Below, in pieces: positions 12,171-24,973 of a stretch of 64,000 nt of DNA. The translations under genes were made by a program, and so were the position numbers. The notes below the pieces were generated by a model. That model ran no database searches. It was not told the origin of the DNA and saw nothing but the letters and a program-made list of their open reading frames with translations. Location: the NCBI RefSeq assembly GCF_006345805.1, contig NC_043014.1, forward strand, positions 39,866,001 through 39,930,000. Direction: 5' to 3'. The first letter of the stretch is position 1. Every line of letters starts with the position of its first letter. Origin of the DNA: Octopus sinensis (lineage: Eukaryota).

Positions 12171-12675
12171 TAAGTAAAGTTGGCAAGACAGTAATGGTTG
12201 GTGGAGCTGCCTAAAAATCCTAACAGAAGGGAACTTCAGGACTGATAGACAATAGGTCGAACCTGATGCTGGGTATAACCTTTTTTTTTTTAACTATTTA
12301 ACAATTACATCATTATCACCACCTTTGTTTTGGCATCCACTTTTCCATGGGTCAGATGGAATTTATTAAGGCTGACTTTCTACAGCTGGATGCTCTTCCT
12401 GTCACTAATCCTTACCTGTTTCCAACCAAGGTAATATTTCCTTGTGGCCAGACATGTTTTCATGGTATTTTGGAAATGAATGACATTTATTTACAACACT
12501 AATGCAATGTCATGACAAAGAAACAAAAATATCCACTATTCTCTGTGGTGGCACAGGTTGGGTGGTTTGACAGGAGCTGGCCAGCCAGGGAGCTGCACCG
12601 GGTTCCAATTGTCCGCTTTGGCATGGTTTCCACAGCTGGGTACCCTTCCTAATGCCAACCACTTCAGAGTATACT

Positions 12676-12950
12676 GGGTGCTTTTTACATGGTGCCAGCA
12701 CAGGAGCATTTTATGTGGCACTAGCACAGGTGCATTTTATGTGGCACCAGCACAGGTGCTTTTTATGTGAACCCAACACAGGTGCAATTTACGTGGCACC
12801 AGCACAGGGGCTTTTTATGTGGACCCACCATAGGTGCATTTTATGTGGCACCAGCACAGGTGCTTTTTATGTAGACCCAACACAGGTGCATTTTACGTGG
12901 AACTGGCACAGGTGCTTTTTATGACATCAGCACAGATACTTTTTACAAGG
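12676..12950. repeat. ~26-bp minisatellite inside a family B copy
   Basis: About ten tandem units of caggtgc(a/t)ttttatgtggcaccagca. Confidence 0.85.
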
Positions 12951-13723
12951 CACACACACACACACACACACACTAGGCAGTTGTCTTTCAGTTTCTATCA
13001 ACAAATCCTTTCACAAGGTGTTGGTCAACTTGAGTTATAGTAGAAGACACTTGCCCAAGGTGTCATGCAGTGGGACTGAACCCAAAACTGTATGGCAGGG
13101 AAGCAAATTTGTTAACCACACAACAACGCCAACACCTACTCCTAAATAAATTTAAATCTGAAGCTCAGATTAAGCTTGACCCATACAAGCATAGAAAAAA
13201 TGAATGTTATAATGACAATGATGACAATCTTTGAATCATTCAAAAAATAATACAATGATTAATAACATTTTAAAATAAATATTGTCTGCTGCCTGGCTGA
13301 ACAAGTCTGATATATGGCATAAAACTAATTAACAATGAATTATAGCTGTCACCATATTTCTTCCGGTAAATATAGCTTTGACATAATTGTTACATTTTCT
13401 CACAAAAAATAGTTTAGCAAAGTATATCATTAAGATATCAAATTATCTTGGCAGTACAGAAAAAATCTAAAGAGAAACAGAGAACAATGTAAAAAAAAAA
13501 CATGACACATTAATTTAACTGAACGTGATACTGTTTAGGCTCATTTGTAGCTGTTTGCTTCCCAACAATATGGTTTGGGGTTCAGTCCCACTGCATGGTA
13601 CCTTGGATAAGTGTTTTCTGCTAAATACTCAGGTTGACCAAAGCCTTGTAACTGGATTTGGTAGACAACTGAAAAAACCTTATTTACATTCGACGGATAT
13701 TTGTCCTCATCTTGTTTGTTGTT

Positions 13724-13769
13724 AACACAACGTTTCGGCTGGTATAACCTCCAGCCTTCTTCAGGTGCC
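13724..13769 (-). ncRNA. Minimal type I hammerhead ribozyme motif (Penelope-type)
   Basis: Minus strand ggcac-CUGAAGA-a-ggcugg...ccagcc-GAAA-cg-UU-guguu. Confidence 0.6.
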
Positions 13770-13816
13770 TTGAGGAAATTTCGAACCTGGGTTCTCATTC
13801 CTAAGGTATTTTTCTA

Positions 13817-13847
<31 letters not shown>

Positions 13848-14052
13848 GTTCAGGTCATTGCTTGGAATCGCACTCAGAATCTCGGGGTTAATAGCCCATG
13901 CTCTTAACCACTATGCCATATGCCTGCGGGCATATGGCATAGTGGTTACCCCAAGATTCTGAGTTCAGTTCCAAGCAGTGACCTGAACAATAATAATAAC
14001 ATCATCAAAAAAATACCTTAGGAATGAGAACCCAGGTTCAAAATTTCCCCAA

Positions 14053-14098
14053 GACACCTGAAGAAGGCTGGAGGGTATATCAGCCGAAATGTTGTGTC
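14053..14098 (+). ncRNA. Minimal type I hammerhead ribozyme motif (Penelope-type)
   Basis: gacac-CUGAAGA-a-ggcug...cagcc-GAAA-ug-UU-guguc; stem I gacac/guguc, stem II ggcug/cagcc. Confidence 0.55.
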
Positions 14099-14488
14099 AA
14101 CAACAAACAAGATGAGGACAAATATCCGTCGAATGTAAATAATGTACATAATTCCTCATCTCTTAAATATAGAACTGACAGAAACCTGTCATATATGGGT
14201 GGGGTGTGTGTGTTTGTGTCCCCTTGTCTTGACATAGCATGACTGTTGTAAATGAGTGTCACTGTTATACAAACAGTGTCATTCGTTCCCAATATTCTGC
14301 AAGAAAATGTCTAGCCATGGGTAAATATTACCTTGCTTGGAAAGAGGTGAGTGCTGACATCATAAAGGGCTTCTGGCTGCAGAAAATCTGCCTCAATAAT
14401 CTCCATCTAACCCATGCAAGCATGGAAAGGTGGATGCTAAAAACGATGATGATAGTTTATACCTCCTTGCTTCTATTAACGATTGTCA

Positions 14489-14705
14489 ACATCATCATCA
14501 TCGTTTAACGTCCGCTTTTCATGCTAGCATGGGTTGGACGATTTGATTGAGGTCTGGCGAACCAGATGGCTGCACCAGACTCCAATCCGATCTGGCAGAG
14601 TTTCTACAGCTGGATGCTCTTCCTAATGCCAACCACTCTGAGAGTGTAGTGGGTGCTTTTACGTGCCACCGGCACGAGGGCCAGTCAGGTGGTACTGGCA
14701 ACGAC
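14489..14705 (-). mobile_element. Family B, 5'-truncated
   Basis: (cat)n tail and core. Confidence 0.85.
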
Positions 14706-14818
14706 GTATGTGCATATTTAAAAATATGAATTAAAACAGGTGTTTATGTTATATGTATCAAATGGAAGAAAGAATATAATCATTACTAGAGACAAAATTT
14801 AAATCATTTATTTACATA

Positions 14819-14989
14819 TGCGCAGGAGTGGCTGTGTGGTAAGTAGCTTGCTAACCAACCACATGGTTCCGGGTTCAGTCCCACTGCGTGGCATCTTGGG
14901 CAAATGTCTTCTGCTTTGGCCCCAGGCCGACCAATACCTTGTGAGTGGATTTGGTAGACGGAAACTGAAAGAAGCCTGTCGTATATATG

Positions 14990-15020
<31 letters not shown>

Positions 15021-15230
15021 TTGTGTGTCTGTGTTTGTCTCCCTAGCATTGCTTGAGAACCGATGCTGGTGTGTTTACGTCCCCGTCACTTAGCAGTTCG
15101 GCAAAAAGAGACCGATAGAATAAGTACTGGGCTTACAAAGAATAAGTCCCGGGGTCGAGTTGCTCGACTAAAGGCGGTGCTCCAGCATGGCCGCAATCAA
15201 ATGACTGAAACATGTAAAAGAATAAAAGAA
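14819..15230 (+). mobile_element. SINE family A
   Basis: Full-length match to family A. Confidence 0.9.
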
Positions 15231-15660
15231 TATGGTTGGTCAGAATACATGTTGCCAACTTGGGTTTCACACCAGTACAGAAAAAAACATGCTACACTCT
15301 TCAACCTATGAATTCGCATGCCAGTTCAAGATGGCAAGGAAGATACTGTTTTGATAGCACAGATCTGACAGTAGTGAATTTCCTGAATATGTCAACCTAT
15401 TTAATGGCCAATATTATTCCTTATAGAATAACTAAAGGAGATTCTTAATTATATAAAATTTTCTCACCCTCCTACTAATATCAATAAAAATCTGTTTAGA
15501 AATATCTCATTGAGGTCATAGCATTTATCTGCTAATGAGTTAAGTTCTAGAGATTATTCAACTCACTATAGTAACACAGTGGCTGAGTGTAGATTAAAGG
15601 GCAAGATATAGTCATTAAGTGTGTCATATAAGGAATAACAGACCAAAGCATATTAATTAA

Positions 15661-16052
15661 CTAGCAGTATCGCCCGGTGTTGCTCAGGTTTGTTTCGACC
15701 CTTTAGAATTGGAATTTTTGAAAAGTAAAAATTTTGCATTGTGTAGCTTGTTATTCTCTTTAAGTGAACATTTTTCTGGTTGAAATACACTGAAAAATGG
15801 CGACACAGCAGTAAAAAAATTGTAAAAAATAGGGATTTTCATAGAAAAAAAGCACCTTTTTGATGTAAATAATTTTTGGTCTTAACATGGTCCGATTTTA
15901 ATTTTTTCTTCTACGTAAGGAAGAGCAAGCCTTCTTCTATCATACTCTCAATTTTGGTTAATTTGCGCCGCAGGTTCTCGGAGGAGATAGTGTTAGTTGA
16001 AGGCTACCAAACCTGCCATACACAGACAACTTCAGCTTTATATATAGAGAGA
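15661..16052 (-). mobile_element. Non-autonomous Helitron
   Basis: Minus strand A|TC...hairpin cctgagcaacaccggg...CTAG|T; no TSD; copy at 35372-35767. Confidence 0.82.
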
Positions 16053-16920
16053 TTGGTAAAATCCACCATATAACATAAGACCTTTTCATATTACTCAAGA
16101 AATGGAACATGGGTATTATACAATCTTTAACAGAAATAGTTATATTGCCTTATGTTATTGCATCCAATCTTGGGCACAGCATTACTTCTTTGAATGTAGC
16201 TAAGTTTGCAAATTATAATACTACTCAGCAATAATTATAGCAATAATGCAAGCTAAAAATTTAATAAGAATTTCCCATTAGATTGAGAACTGTCTTACAA
16301 ATGGTTTAGTATATAAATTTAGTATTAGAATGCCTAGAACTAACTCATAAGTGTGCGTGTGTCTGTGTGTGAGAGAGAGAGAGGTTTTTGTATTAATATA
16401 GGGAAATATGTATGTATGTATGTGTGTGTATATATGTATGTGTGTGTGTGTGTGGTGTGTGTGTGTGCACGTGCAGATGTGAAGATATTTGTAATTTGCA
16501 GTATGAAAAGAAAATATGGTTTTATGGGAGGGGTAATAAAACTATGCTTTCACATCCTTAATCAGGCTTGTAACTCAACTGCTGCCAACTTTGGCACCTA
16601 GCCCCTCAGTAGGGTAGGCCCTCTCCCATGCATTCTCCTTATCCACCTACATCTCATAATAGAACTTCCATGACTGTCTCTTGATCGTCAGTCAAAGCAA
16701 GCACCTCTCCCTAAAAATGCCATGGTTTTCTGTGGTACAGTGTCTTAAAATCCAGTTCACCTCATGTCTCTAATCTAAATGTTTCACAACATTGGCAAAC
16801 ATCCATCTCCTTGTTACATATAACTGATGTCTAGCTTCTCTTAGCTATTTAATATAGTTATTTCATTACTGTCCCATTTGTCTGGTCTTTTCAGGAGTAT
16901 CACTTAGCATTCTCTCTCTG

Positions 16921-17419
16921 CAAAGACCTGTTGAGGCAAGTGAAATCGAAATCAAATTCGATGACTGGCATCCATGCTAGTGGAGCGCTAAGAGTACCAT
17001 ACGAGTGAGCTCGTTGCCAGAGCAACAAGCTGGCCTCTCAGCCGATGGCACGTTAAAAACACCATTCTAGTGTGACCATTACCTGCGTTGCCTTACTAGC
17101 ACTTGTGCTGGTGGCACATGAAAAAACATTCGAGCGAGGTACTGCCAGTGCCACTGGACTGGCTCCTGTGCTGGTCGCACATAAAAAGCACCATTTGAGC
17201 GTGGACGTTGCCAGTACTGCCTGACTGGCCCTCGTGCTGGTGGCACGTAAAAAGCACCCACTACACTCTCAGAGTGGTTGGCGTTAGGAAGGGCATCCAG
17301 CTGTAGAAACTCTGCCAGATCAGATTGGAGTCTGGTGCAGCCATCTGGTTCACCAGACCACAGTCAAATTGTCCAACCCATGCTAGCATGGAAAGCGGAC
17401 ATTAAACGATGATGATGAT
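16921..17419 (+). mobile_element. Family B with four internal modules
   Basis: Repeated gtgcYggtggcacRtaaaaagcacc modules, gtggttggcgttaggaagggcatcc, (gat)n tail. Confidence 0.88.
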
Positions 17420-17703
17420 ATATATATACCACTGCTATCTTCTGCCTGGTTGAACTCTTGTGTCAGTCACAGATCTATCTGTATATCTGTAACCTTCAAC
17501 AGGTCGGCTCATAGAAACTCCCAGCTGTCTTGTCATCTATGTTACAGCTCTATTTCCTCCTCCTTCTTGTCATATGTATCAAATAGTACTTCTCTGAAAC
17601 TATAACTACTCAAGGACTCTTCCACCTTCCTCCTCCCCCCCCCCTTATTCTCTTGTACATCTGGATCTATCCAGCTCTTACTATCACTAGTTCATGTCAA
17701 GTT

Positions 17704-18008
17704 GTTTGTTTGTTCCTTCTCGAGCCTTGCCTGGCTCATAAGGGCCAATTTCTCGGTTTCCTTGGCGTATAGGTTCCCCACCTGGACGGGATACCGGTCC
17801 GTCGCAGGTGAGCTGCTAGATGCAGAAGGAAAGAGTGAGAGAAAGTTGTGGCGAAAGAGTCAGCAGAAGTTCGCCATTACCTTCTGCCGGAGCCGCGTGG
17901 AGCTCAGGTGTTTTCGCTCAAAAACACACATCGCACGGTCTGAGACTTGAACCCGCGATCCCTCAACTGCGAGTTCGCTGCTCCAACCACTAGGCCATGT
18001 GCCTCCAC
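17704..18008 (-). mobile_element. tRNA-derived SINE, D-related subfamily, young
   Basis: Perfect 12-bp TSD tcatgtcaagtt; A box tggcctagtgg and B box ggttcaagtc on the minus strand; paralog at 51290-51602. Confidence 0.88.
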
Positions 18009-18559
18009 TCATGTCAAGTTACTATCACTTGTACTACTGTCAAGTAGTACATTATTCACCAAGGAAACACTTAGCCTTTACAACCATGTTCTTATCTCAT
18101 TTCTTGGTGAATAAAGACTAATACCTGGTTTGTATGTATGTCTGCATAATTGGTTGGTGATTGAGAGGCTGGTTTCTTGTTAGTCTTGCAAACAGTCAAC
18201 TCATTTGAATCACAGAACTCTAGGAAGTTTGATTCCCCACCCCATCCATATTCTTCACATCATATCCCTATTCTCTGTGTACACTTCAGAAACCAAGTGT
18301 TATCTCCAGAGACACCTTTGCCTGTTGCCTGTTGCGATAATAAGGTTGCTGTCATTTGTTATCAAGGGTAGTACTGAGGAAGGCCATAAAACCAGTTTTT
18401 CTTTTTCTTTAGTGCATCTGCCAGCCTTGACTTGTGTGCGTAGGAAGACATAAATGTCATGTGTTGTCCGTGACTATCTTAATTATCCTATTGCACCTCC
18501 CAGCCTCTCACTATACACACACATATATACAAACATAGACACACACATGTATAGTTCTA

Positions 18560-18810
18560 TATACACATACACGTATATTTACATATATACACATGCATGT
18601 ATATTTACATATATACACATGCATGTATATTTACATATATACACATGCATGTATATTTACATATATACACATGCATGTATATTTCAATATACACATACAC
18701 GTATATTTCCATATACACATGCACGTATATTTCCATATACACATACACGTATATTTCCATATACACATACACGTATATTTCCATATACACATACATGTAT
18801 ATTTCCATAT
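18560..18810. repeat. 24-26-bp AT/CA minisatellite
   Basis: Tandem atatacacatRcaYgtatatttMc units. Confidence 0.9.
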
Positions 18811-18958
18811 GGCGCTTTTTTACGTGCCACTGGCCCAGGTATCACAACTACAATTTCCATTTGGTTTTTTATTTGATGTTAATGTACTATATATGTGTGT
18901 GTGTGTATATATATATAAGGCATTCTTTATGTCCAACTTACATGGGATGCTTTGTTAA

Positions 18959-19174
18959 CCCTTTCATTACAGTATTTTGAGATGCTCTGTGTTTATTTCA
19001 ATTACTTTAAATATAACAAAGAATTTAGTAAAATCACTTAGTTATCATTAAGCTAGTGTTAGGAACATAAATTGTGATTAAGGTTTGGTGGAAGATTTTA
19101 ATTCAAAACTTATGCAAACAAGACATTTGTACTCAGAGCCAGAGCCAGTTTCAGCCAGGTTGGTAATTAAAGGG
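18959..19174. mobile_element. piggyBac-like MITE family P1
   Basis: TTAA|CCCTTT...AAAGGG|TTAA; copy of 3897-4111. Confidence 0.85.
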
Positions 19175-19749
19175 TTAAAACACCAAATACTGCATTACTG
19201 CCTTATTTATCTAGAAAGAACCTCTCATATGGACTTGTATAAACGAGAGGTTCTCTCCAGGTAAACAACACAGTATCCAGTCTTTTAACAAAACATCCAT
19301 ATTACATATAAGCTGGACATGAAGATTGCATTTTGATATTAATACTACTTCTGTTGCCATTAATTACACAAACACACACACACACACACTATGCCTTTCA
19401 CAGGTTGATAAAATAAATATCAGTGAGGTGGGGTGAGGGTGGGGGAGCGATATGATCAACTTTACACAAGGTGTTGCAGCACGGCTATAACCCATGACTG
19501 AAACCAATAAACGAATACAAATTGACATAAGTATTGAAACTACCAAAGACGTATTCTTGTATTTTTTCCTTCTTCGTAATTACAACTTAGAAATAGTGTG
19601 AAATAATAATAACATCTAATTGGTAGAAGATTAGGTACGAAGCTATATAGAGCTATTTAAGAGTGTTTTAGTGAGCAAAAAGCAAAAAAAGAAGGCTGGA
19701 AAATTCGCTGCACACCAACTAAGTACACTAAAAACGCATACCTGTATCT

Positions 19750-19979
19750 TTATACATACACACATACATACATATATACACACACATATAATACATATAC
19801 ATACATATATACACAAACATATAATACATGTACACACATACATACACAAACATATAATACATGTACACACATACATATAATGCACACACATACATAATTT
19901 CATTTAGGTGTTAAATAATAGGACTTATTCCATTCTCCTTGGTTATATATATGTGTGTATATATGTGTATGTATATGTA

Positions 19980-20040
<61 letters not shown>

Positions 20041-20120
20041 GTGTGTATATATGTGTATATATATGTGTATGTATATGTATATATGTATATTATATATATG
20101 AACACACACACATGTACACA
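19750..20120. repeat. CA/TA compound microsatellites
   Basis: Direct observation. Confidence 0.9.
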
Positions 20121-20438
20121 CAATGGTAGATGTAAAACATTAACCTATATGAGGCTGATCTAGAATTTCTTTGTTCCTAACCATACTCTTAAGACAATCA
20201 TTTCATTGATATAAAAGAGAGGGGGGGGAGAAAAAAAAACAACAAACAAACAATGCATTATATTGAGAGATACAAGTATTAGTGTTTAATTTAGTGGAAA
20301 AGATCTATAAAAGATTGTTTTTTTTTCAGAAGCTGGAGGGAAGAGTTATGTTTACTTGGATTAACAGGAAGCAAGAATTTAGATAAGTATATAGAATAAC
20401 TTTTGGGACCAAGAGATTCACTAACAGTAATATGAAGT

Positions 20439-20891
20439 ACACACACATATATATATATATAAAACATACATATATATATACATATATATATATAAAACAT
20501 ACATATATATACATATATATATATAAAACATACATATGTATATATATATATAAAACATACATACATATATATATATATAATACATACATATATATATAAA
20601 ACATACATACATATATATAATATATATAAAACATACATACATACATATATATAATATATATAAAACATACATACATACATATATATAAAACATACATATA
20701 TATATAAAACATACACACACATATATATAACATATATATATAATATATATATATATAAAACATACATACATATATATATATATAAAACATACATATATAT
20801 ATATATAACATATATATATATATATAAAACATATATATATATATATAAAACATACATATATATATATAAAACATACATATATATATATAAA

Positions 20892-20953
<62 letters not shown>

Positions 20954-20968
20954 ATATATATATATATA
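20439..20968. repeat. (TA)n-rich compound satellite with aaaacatac spacers
   Basis: Direct observation; source of the long I/Y-rich spurious ORFs. Confidence 0.95.
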
Positions 20969-21711
20969 GCAATTACGAACATTTATAAATGACAAATCAA
21001 CCAAACAGATTTGATTTATTCAAAGAAATAGCAATAACTCCAAATACATAGTTAATAAACAAACATTGTTTTCGTTGCAAGTATAGCTCTCAAGTATATT
21101 TTTCTGTCATTAAAGATATCCATTTGAGAATAGCGTACCTGAGGCAAACAAAAGTTTTTTTAAGTTGCGGGAGATTGATTTTTGGTTGATAAGAAGACTT
21201 CTTTACGTTATTGTTATATGGAAAGATAGTGTACTAATAATACATACACACACACATATATATATAATTTTTTCTGCAGACTCATCTATGTGCTATTAAT
21301 ATATTTGTCCAATTCTATCTCGCAATATCTACAAAAAAAATAAACATCGTAACTGGCTATCGTTCATGGTAGTCAGTTTTTAATAATAATAATAAGAAGA
21401 AGATGCAGCAGCAGCAGCAGCACCACCACCACCACAACCACCAGCACTACTGCTAGCACCATCATCATCATCATCGTCATAATTTTTATGTCCACTTTTC
21501 CAAGCTTGCATAGGTTAGACAAAATTTATTGAGACAGATTTTTTTTTCTACAGCCTGATGCCTTTCCTGTAGCTAACCCTCACCTGTTTCCATGACTGGA
21601 CATGCTTTTATAGATGATTGGAAACAAATGACACTGCTTGTATGACAGTAGGACTTGTTTACAGCTATCAGGTGATATTAAGTTGAAGAGGTACAAACAC
21701 ACACATATATA

Positions 21712-21895
21712 CTTTTCTACTCTAGGCACAAGGCCCGAGATTTTTGGGGAGGAGGCCAGTCAATTAGATCGACCCCAGTATGCAACTGGTACTTAATTTA
21801 TTGACCTCAAAAGGATGAAAGGCAAAGTCAACCTTGGTAGAATTTGAACTCAGAACGTAAAAACAGACGAAATCCTGCTAAGCATTTTGCAGCCT
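21712..21895 (-). mobile_element. SINE family C
   Basis: Family C core match. Confidence 0.75.
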
Positions 21896-21936
21896 TAATA
21901 CACACACACGCACACATATATATATATATATCCAAA

Positions 21937-22320
21937 CAGGTGCAGGTGTGGCTGTGTGGTAAGAAGCTTGCTTCCCAGTCACATGGCTCTGGGTTCATTC
22001 CTACTAGTAGGCACCTTGGGAAAGTGCCTTCTACTAAAGCCTCAAGCCAACCAAGGCCTTGTGAGTGGATTTGGCAGACAGAAACTGAAAGAAGCTCGTT
22101 GCATATGTGTGTGTGTGTGTGTCTTTGTTTGACCCCACCATTGTTTGACAACCGGTGATGGTGTATTTACCTTCCTGTAACTTAGTGGTTTGGCAAAAGA
22201 GACCGACAGAATAAGTACCAGGCTTAAAAAAATAGTATTAGGGTCAATTCATTCCACTAAAAATTCCTCAAGGTGGTGCCCCAGCATGGCCACAGTTGAA
22301 TGACTGAAATGAGTAAAAGT
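21937..22320 (+). mobile_element. SINE family A, older copy
   Basis: Diverged full-length match. Confidence 0.8.
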
Positions 22321-22341
22321 TTTATTTATATATATATATAT

Positions 22342-22507
22342 AGGCACAGGAGTGGCTGTGTGGTAAGTAGCTTGTTTACCAACCACATGGTTCCGAGTTC
22401 AGTCCTACTGTGTGGCACCTTGGGCAAGTGTCTTCTACTATAGCCTCGGGCCGACCAAAGCCTTGTGAGTGGATTTGGTAGACGGAAACTGAAAGAAGCC
22501 TGTCGTA

Positions 22508-22561
<54 letters not shown>

Positions 22562-22785
22562 TGTGTGTGTGTGTGTCTGTGTTTGTCCCTCCAACATTGC
22601 TTGACAACCGATACTGGTGTGTTTATGTCCCCGTTACTTAGCGGTTCGGCAAAAATGGCCGACAGAATAAGTACTGGGCTTACAAAAGAATAAGTCCTGG
22701 AGTCGAGTTGCTCGATTAAAGGCAGTGCTCCAGCATGGCCGCAGTCAAATGACTGAAACAAGTAAAAGAGTAAAAAAAAAAAGAG
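22342..22785 (+). mobile_element. SINE family A
   Basis: Full-length match with expanded internal (TA)n. Confidence 0.9.
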
Positions 22786-22787
22786 TA

Positions 22788-22825
<38 letters not shown>

Positions 22826-23502
22826 ACCAAGTAAGTTAGGGGTTGTGGATCCAACCCACTAAGGGATAATATTTATCCAATATGCTGTTGGTATAATACC
22901 CAAATTATTAATACGTGTTTTTAATTGCAATGCAATAAACTTACTTATTGTATTAAATGGGTGAAGGTAAAGAAATATTTTATTTCCTAATGCTAACCAC
23001 TGTACAACATGTACTGGATGCTTTTTGCATGTCACCAGCACTAATACAGTTGTCATGAAGATTGCAAGACTATGAACCCTAAATCATAGAAAACATTTGT
23101 CCAAAGAGCCATACAGAAGGATTGAACCCAGTACCATGTAGTTAAGAAAATTTCATACCCACACAGCCATGGTTATACTGTTTCTATAATTTGACCCAGA
23201 TAATTTCACTCGACTCTTTTCTCTATGGTTGGTGTATTTTGTTTAAAGCCAATGCTTTTTTTTCTCTATACAGAAAATCCTATAGTTCTCCCAATCTTCA
23301 AGTGATTTTATTTCATAAGTTGATAGCTGTTATTAGAAAACATAGAATAGGTTTTTAATTTAATGTATTTATAAAGAGTTCATTTCATACTGTTATATAT
23401 TTTAATAATCATGCATAAATAGTCTTCTTTCATCGTTTTTGTAAACTTAAAACACAAAATGTCTAGACAATGAAATATAACAGTTATATATATCTATCTA
23501 TA

Positions 23503-23830
23503 ATCATCATCATCATCCTTTAATGTCAGCTTTCCTTGCTGGCATGGGTTGGACAGTTTGACAGGAGCTGGCCAGACAAGACTGCACTAGACTTCTTAGT
23601 CTGTTTTGGCATGGTCTTTACAGTTGGATGCCCTTCCTGATACCAACCACTCCACAGAGTGGTCTAGGTGCTTTTTACATGGGACCAACACAGGTGAGGT
23701 CAGCTTTGGCATGTCTTTACAGCCTGATGCCCTTCCGAATGCCAACCACTTTACAGAATGGACTGGATGCTTTTTATGTGGCACCAGCACTGACAGGGTC
23801 ACCAAGTAACTTGCAAGGCAAAGATCCTTT
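23503..23830 (-). mobile_element. Family B variant with duplicated core
   Basis: Two copies of gatgcccttcc...ccaaccact; (cat)n tail. Confidence 0.7.
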
Positions 23831-24587
23831 AAGAGGAGAGGGGGAACTGGAGGAGGTGATCTTGTGCCAGATGATGAAAGGTAGAGTGTGACAGAAACAT
23901 GTGTCATGCTGTAGGGGAGGTACATGGTGAGAGAGAAAGAGAGAGGGAGAATGAGGACAGAAAGTGAGAATGAGTGCAACACCACATTGGTGAATAAATA
24001 TTCTTTATTTGTGGATTAACAAGGCTACCATAGGTTTCATGCAGAGAATTCTCAGCAATTATCAAGCTTACTACATGGGATGTTGGTACCTGTCTCCATC
24101 CCATGTGGCAGGCTTGATAACTGCCGAGAATTTTCAGTATGAAATCAGCGTGTGTGCACATGTGTATGTAGGTACATACATACAGACAGCTTAATTTACA
24201 AGCGTAGCGATTCGCAAAAGAACATCATTTCATATCCTTCTACATGTATATATATATATATAGCTGAAATTTTCAGGGGTCTGCATCCCCTGATTTAGGC
24301 ACAGGTGTGGCTGTGTGGTTGAGAAGCTTGCTTTCCAACAATATGGTCTTGGATTCAGTCCAACTGGAGTGGCACCTTAGGTAAGTGTCTTCCATTATAA
24401 CTCTGAGCAAACCAAAACCTTGTGAGTGGATTTGGTGGATCAAAACTGAAAGAAGTTTGTGTGTGTGTATGTGTGTGTGTGTCTCACACAGTCTTTTTGC
24501 TTTGACATCATGTGATAGTTGTAAATGAATGCAAATGTTGTGCAAGAAGTATCTTTTGTTCCCAATCTTCTGTGAAAATATGTCTGG

Positions 24588-24915
24588 TTTAATCTGATCC
24601 AGGCTCACCAATGGAGAAGTTCTTAAGCAGATAAGGCTGAAAATGTCGCAAGAAGCTAGGATCACCAAGCATAGATTGGCATATTTCGGTCATATTATGC
24701 GGAGAAAATCCCTGGAGAAGGACATCATGCTCGGAATGGTCAGTGGCAAGAGAGGAAGAGGCCGACCAAGAACCCACTGGCTTGACACCATCAAGAGTGA
24801 TACCGGAATGGACATAGCCAATCTGAAAGAAGCGGCCCAGGATAGAACTGACTGGAAGACACTGATCCAACGAGTGACCGAGAGTCGACTTCGACTGAGC
24901 GGATAGAGAGAGAGA
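24588..24915 (+). pseudogene. RTE/BovB-like LINE 3' fragment inserted in an old SINE (24297-24955)
   Basis: ORF 24643-24906: RLAYFGHIMRRKSLEKDIMLGMVSGKRGRGRPRTHWLDTIK...AAQDRTDW...RVTESRLRL, a typical RTE C-terminus. Confidence 0.88.
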
Positions 24916-24973
24916 ATCTGATCTATGCCAACATGGAAAAGTGGACGTTAAATGAAAATAGTTATTATTATTA

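Larger units (their letters stand above)
13681..14172. mobile_element. Head-to-head inverted duplication of a tRNA-headed element with a hammerhead-like 3' part
   Basis: 13680-13924 is the reverse complement of 13929-14142 (4-nt loop); inserted in an old family A copy with imperfect TSD aactgaaaaaacct / aactgacagaaacct. Confidence 0.85.

Noticed and set aside
17041-17258. CRISPR-like repeat-spacer appearance
   Set aside because: The spacers are homologous to each other, the array lies inside a dispersed eukaryotic retroelement, and there are no cas genes.
17935-18008. tRNA gene
   Set aside because: The tRNA-like sequence is a SINE head continuous with a tail and flanked by a TSD; the same holds for all other tRNA-like heads here.
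20291-20982. Long ORFs of 183-218 aa
   Set aside because: I/Y/C/M-only translations of a TA-rich satellite; the same applies to ORFs at 18454-18980, 44096-44555 and 48587-49060.
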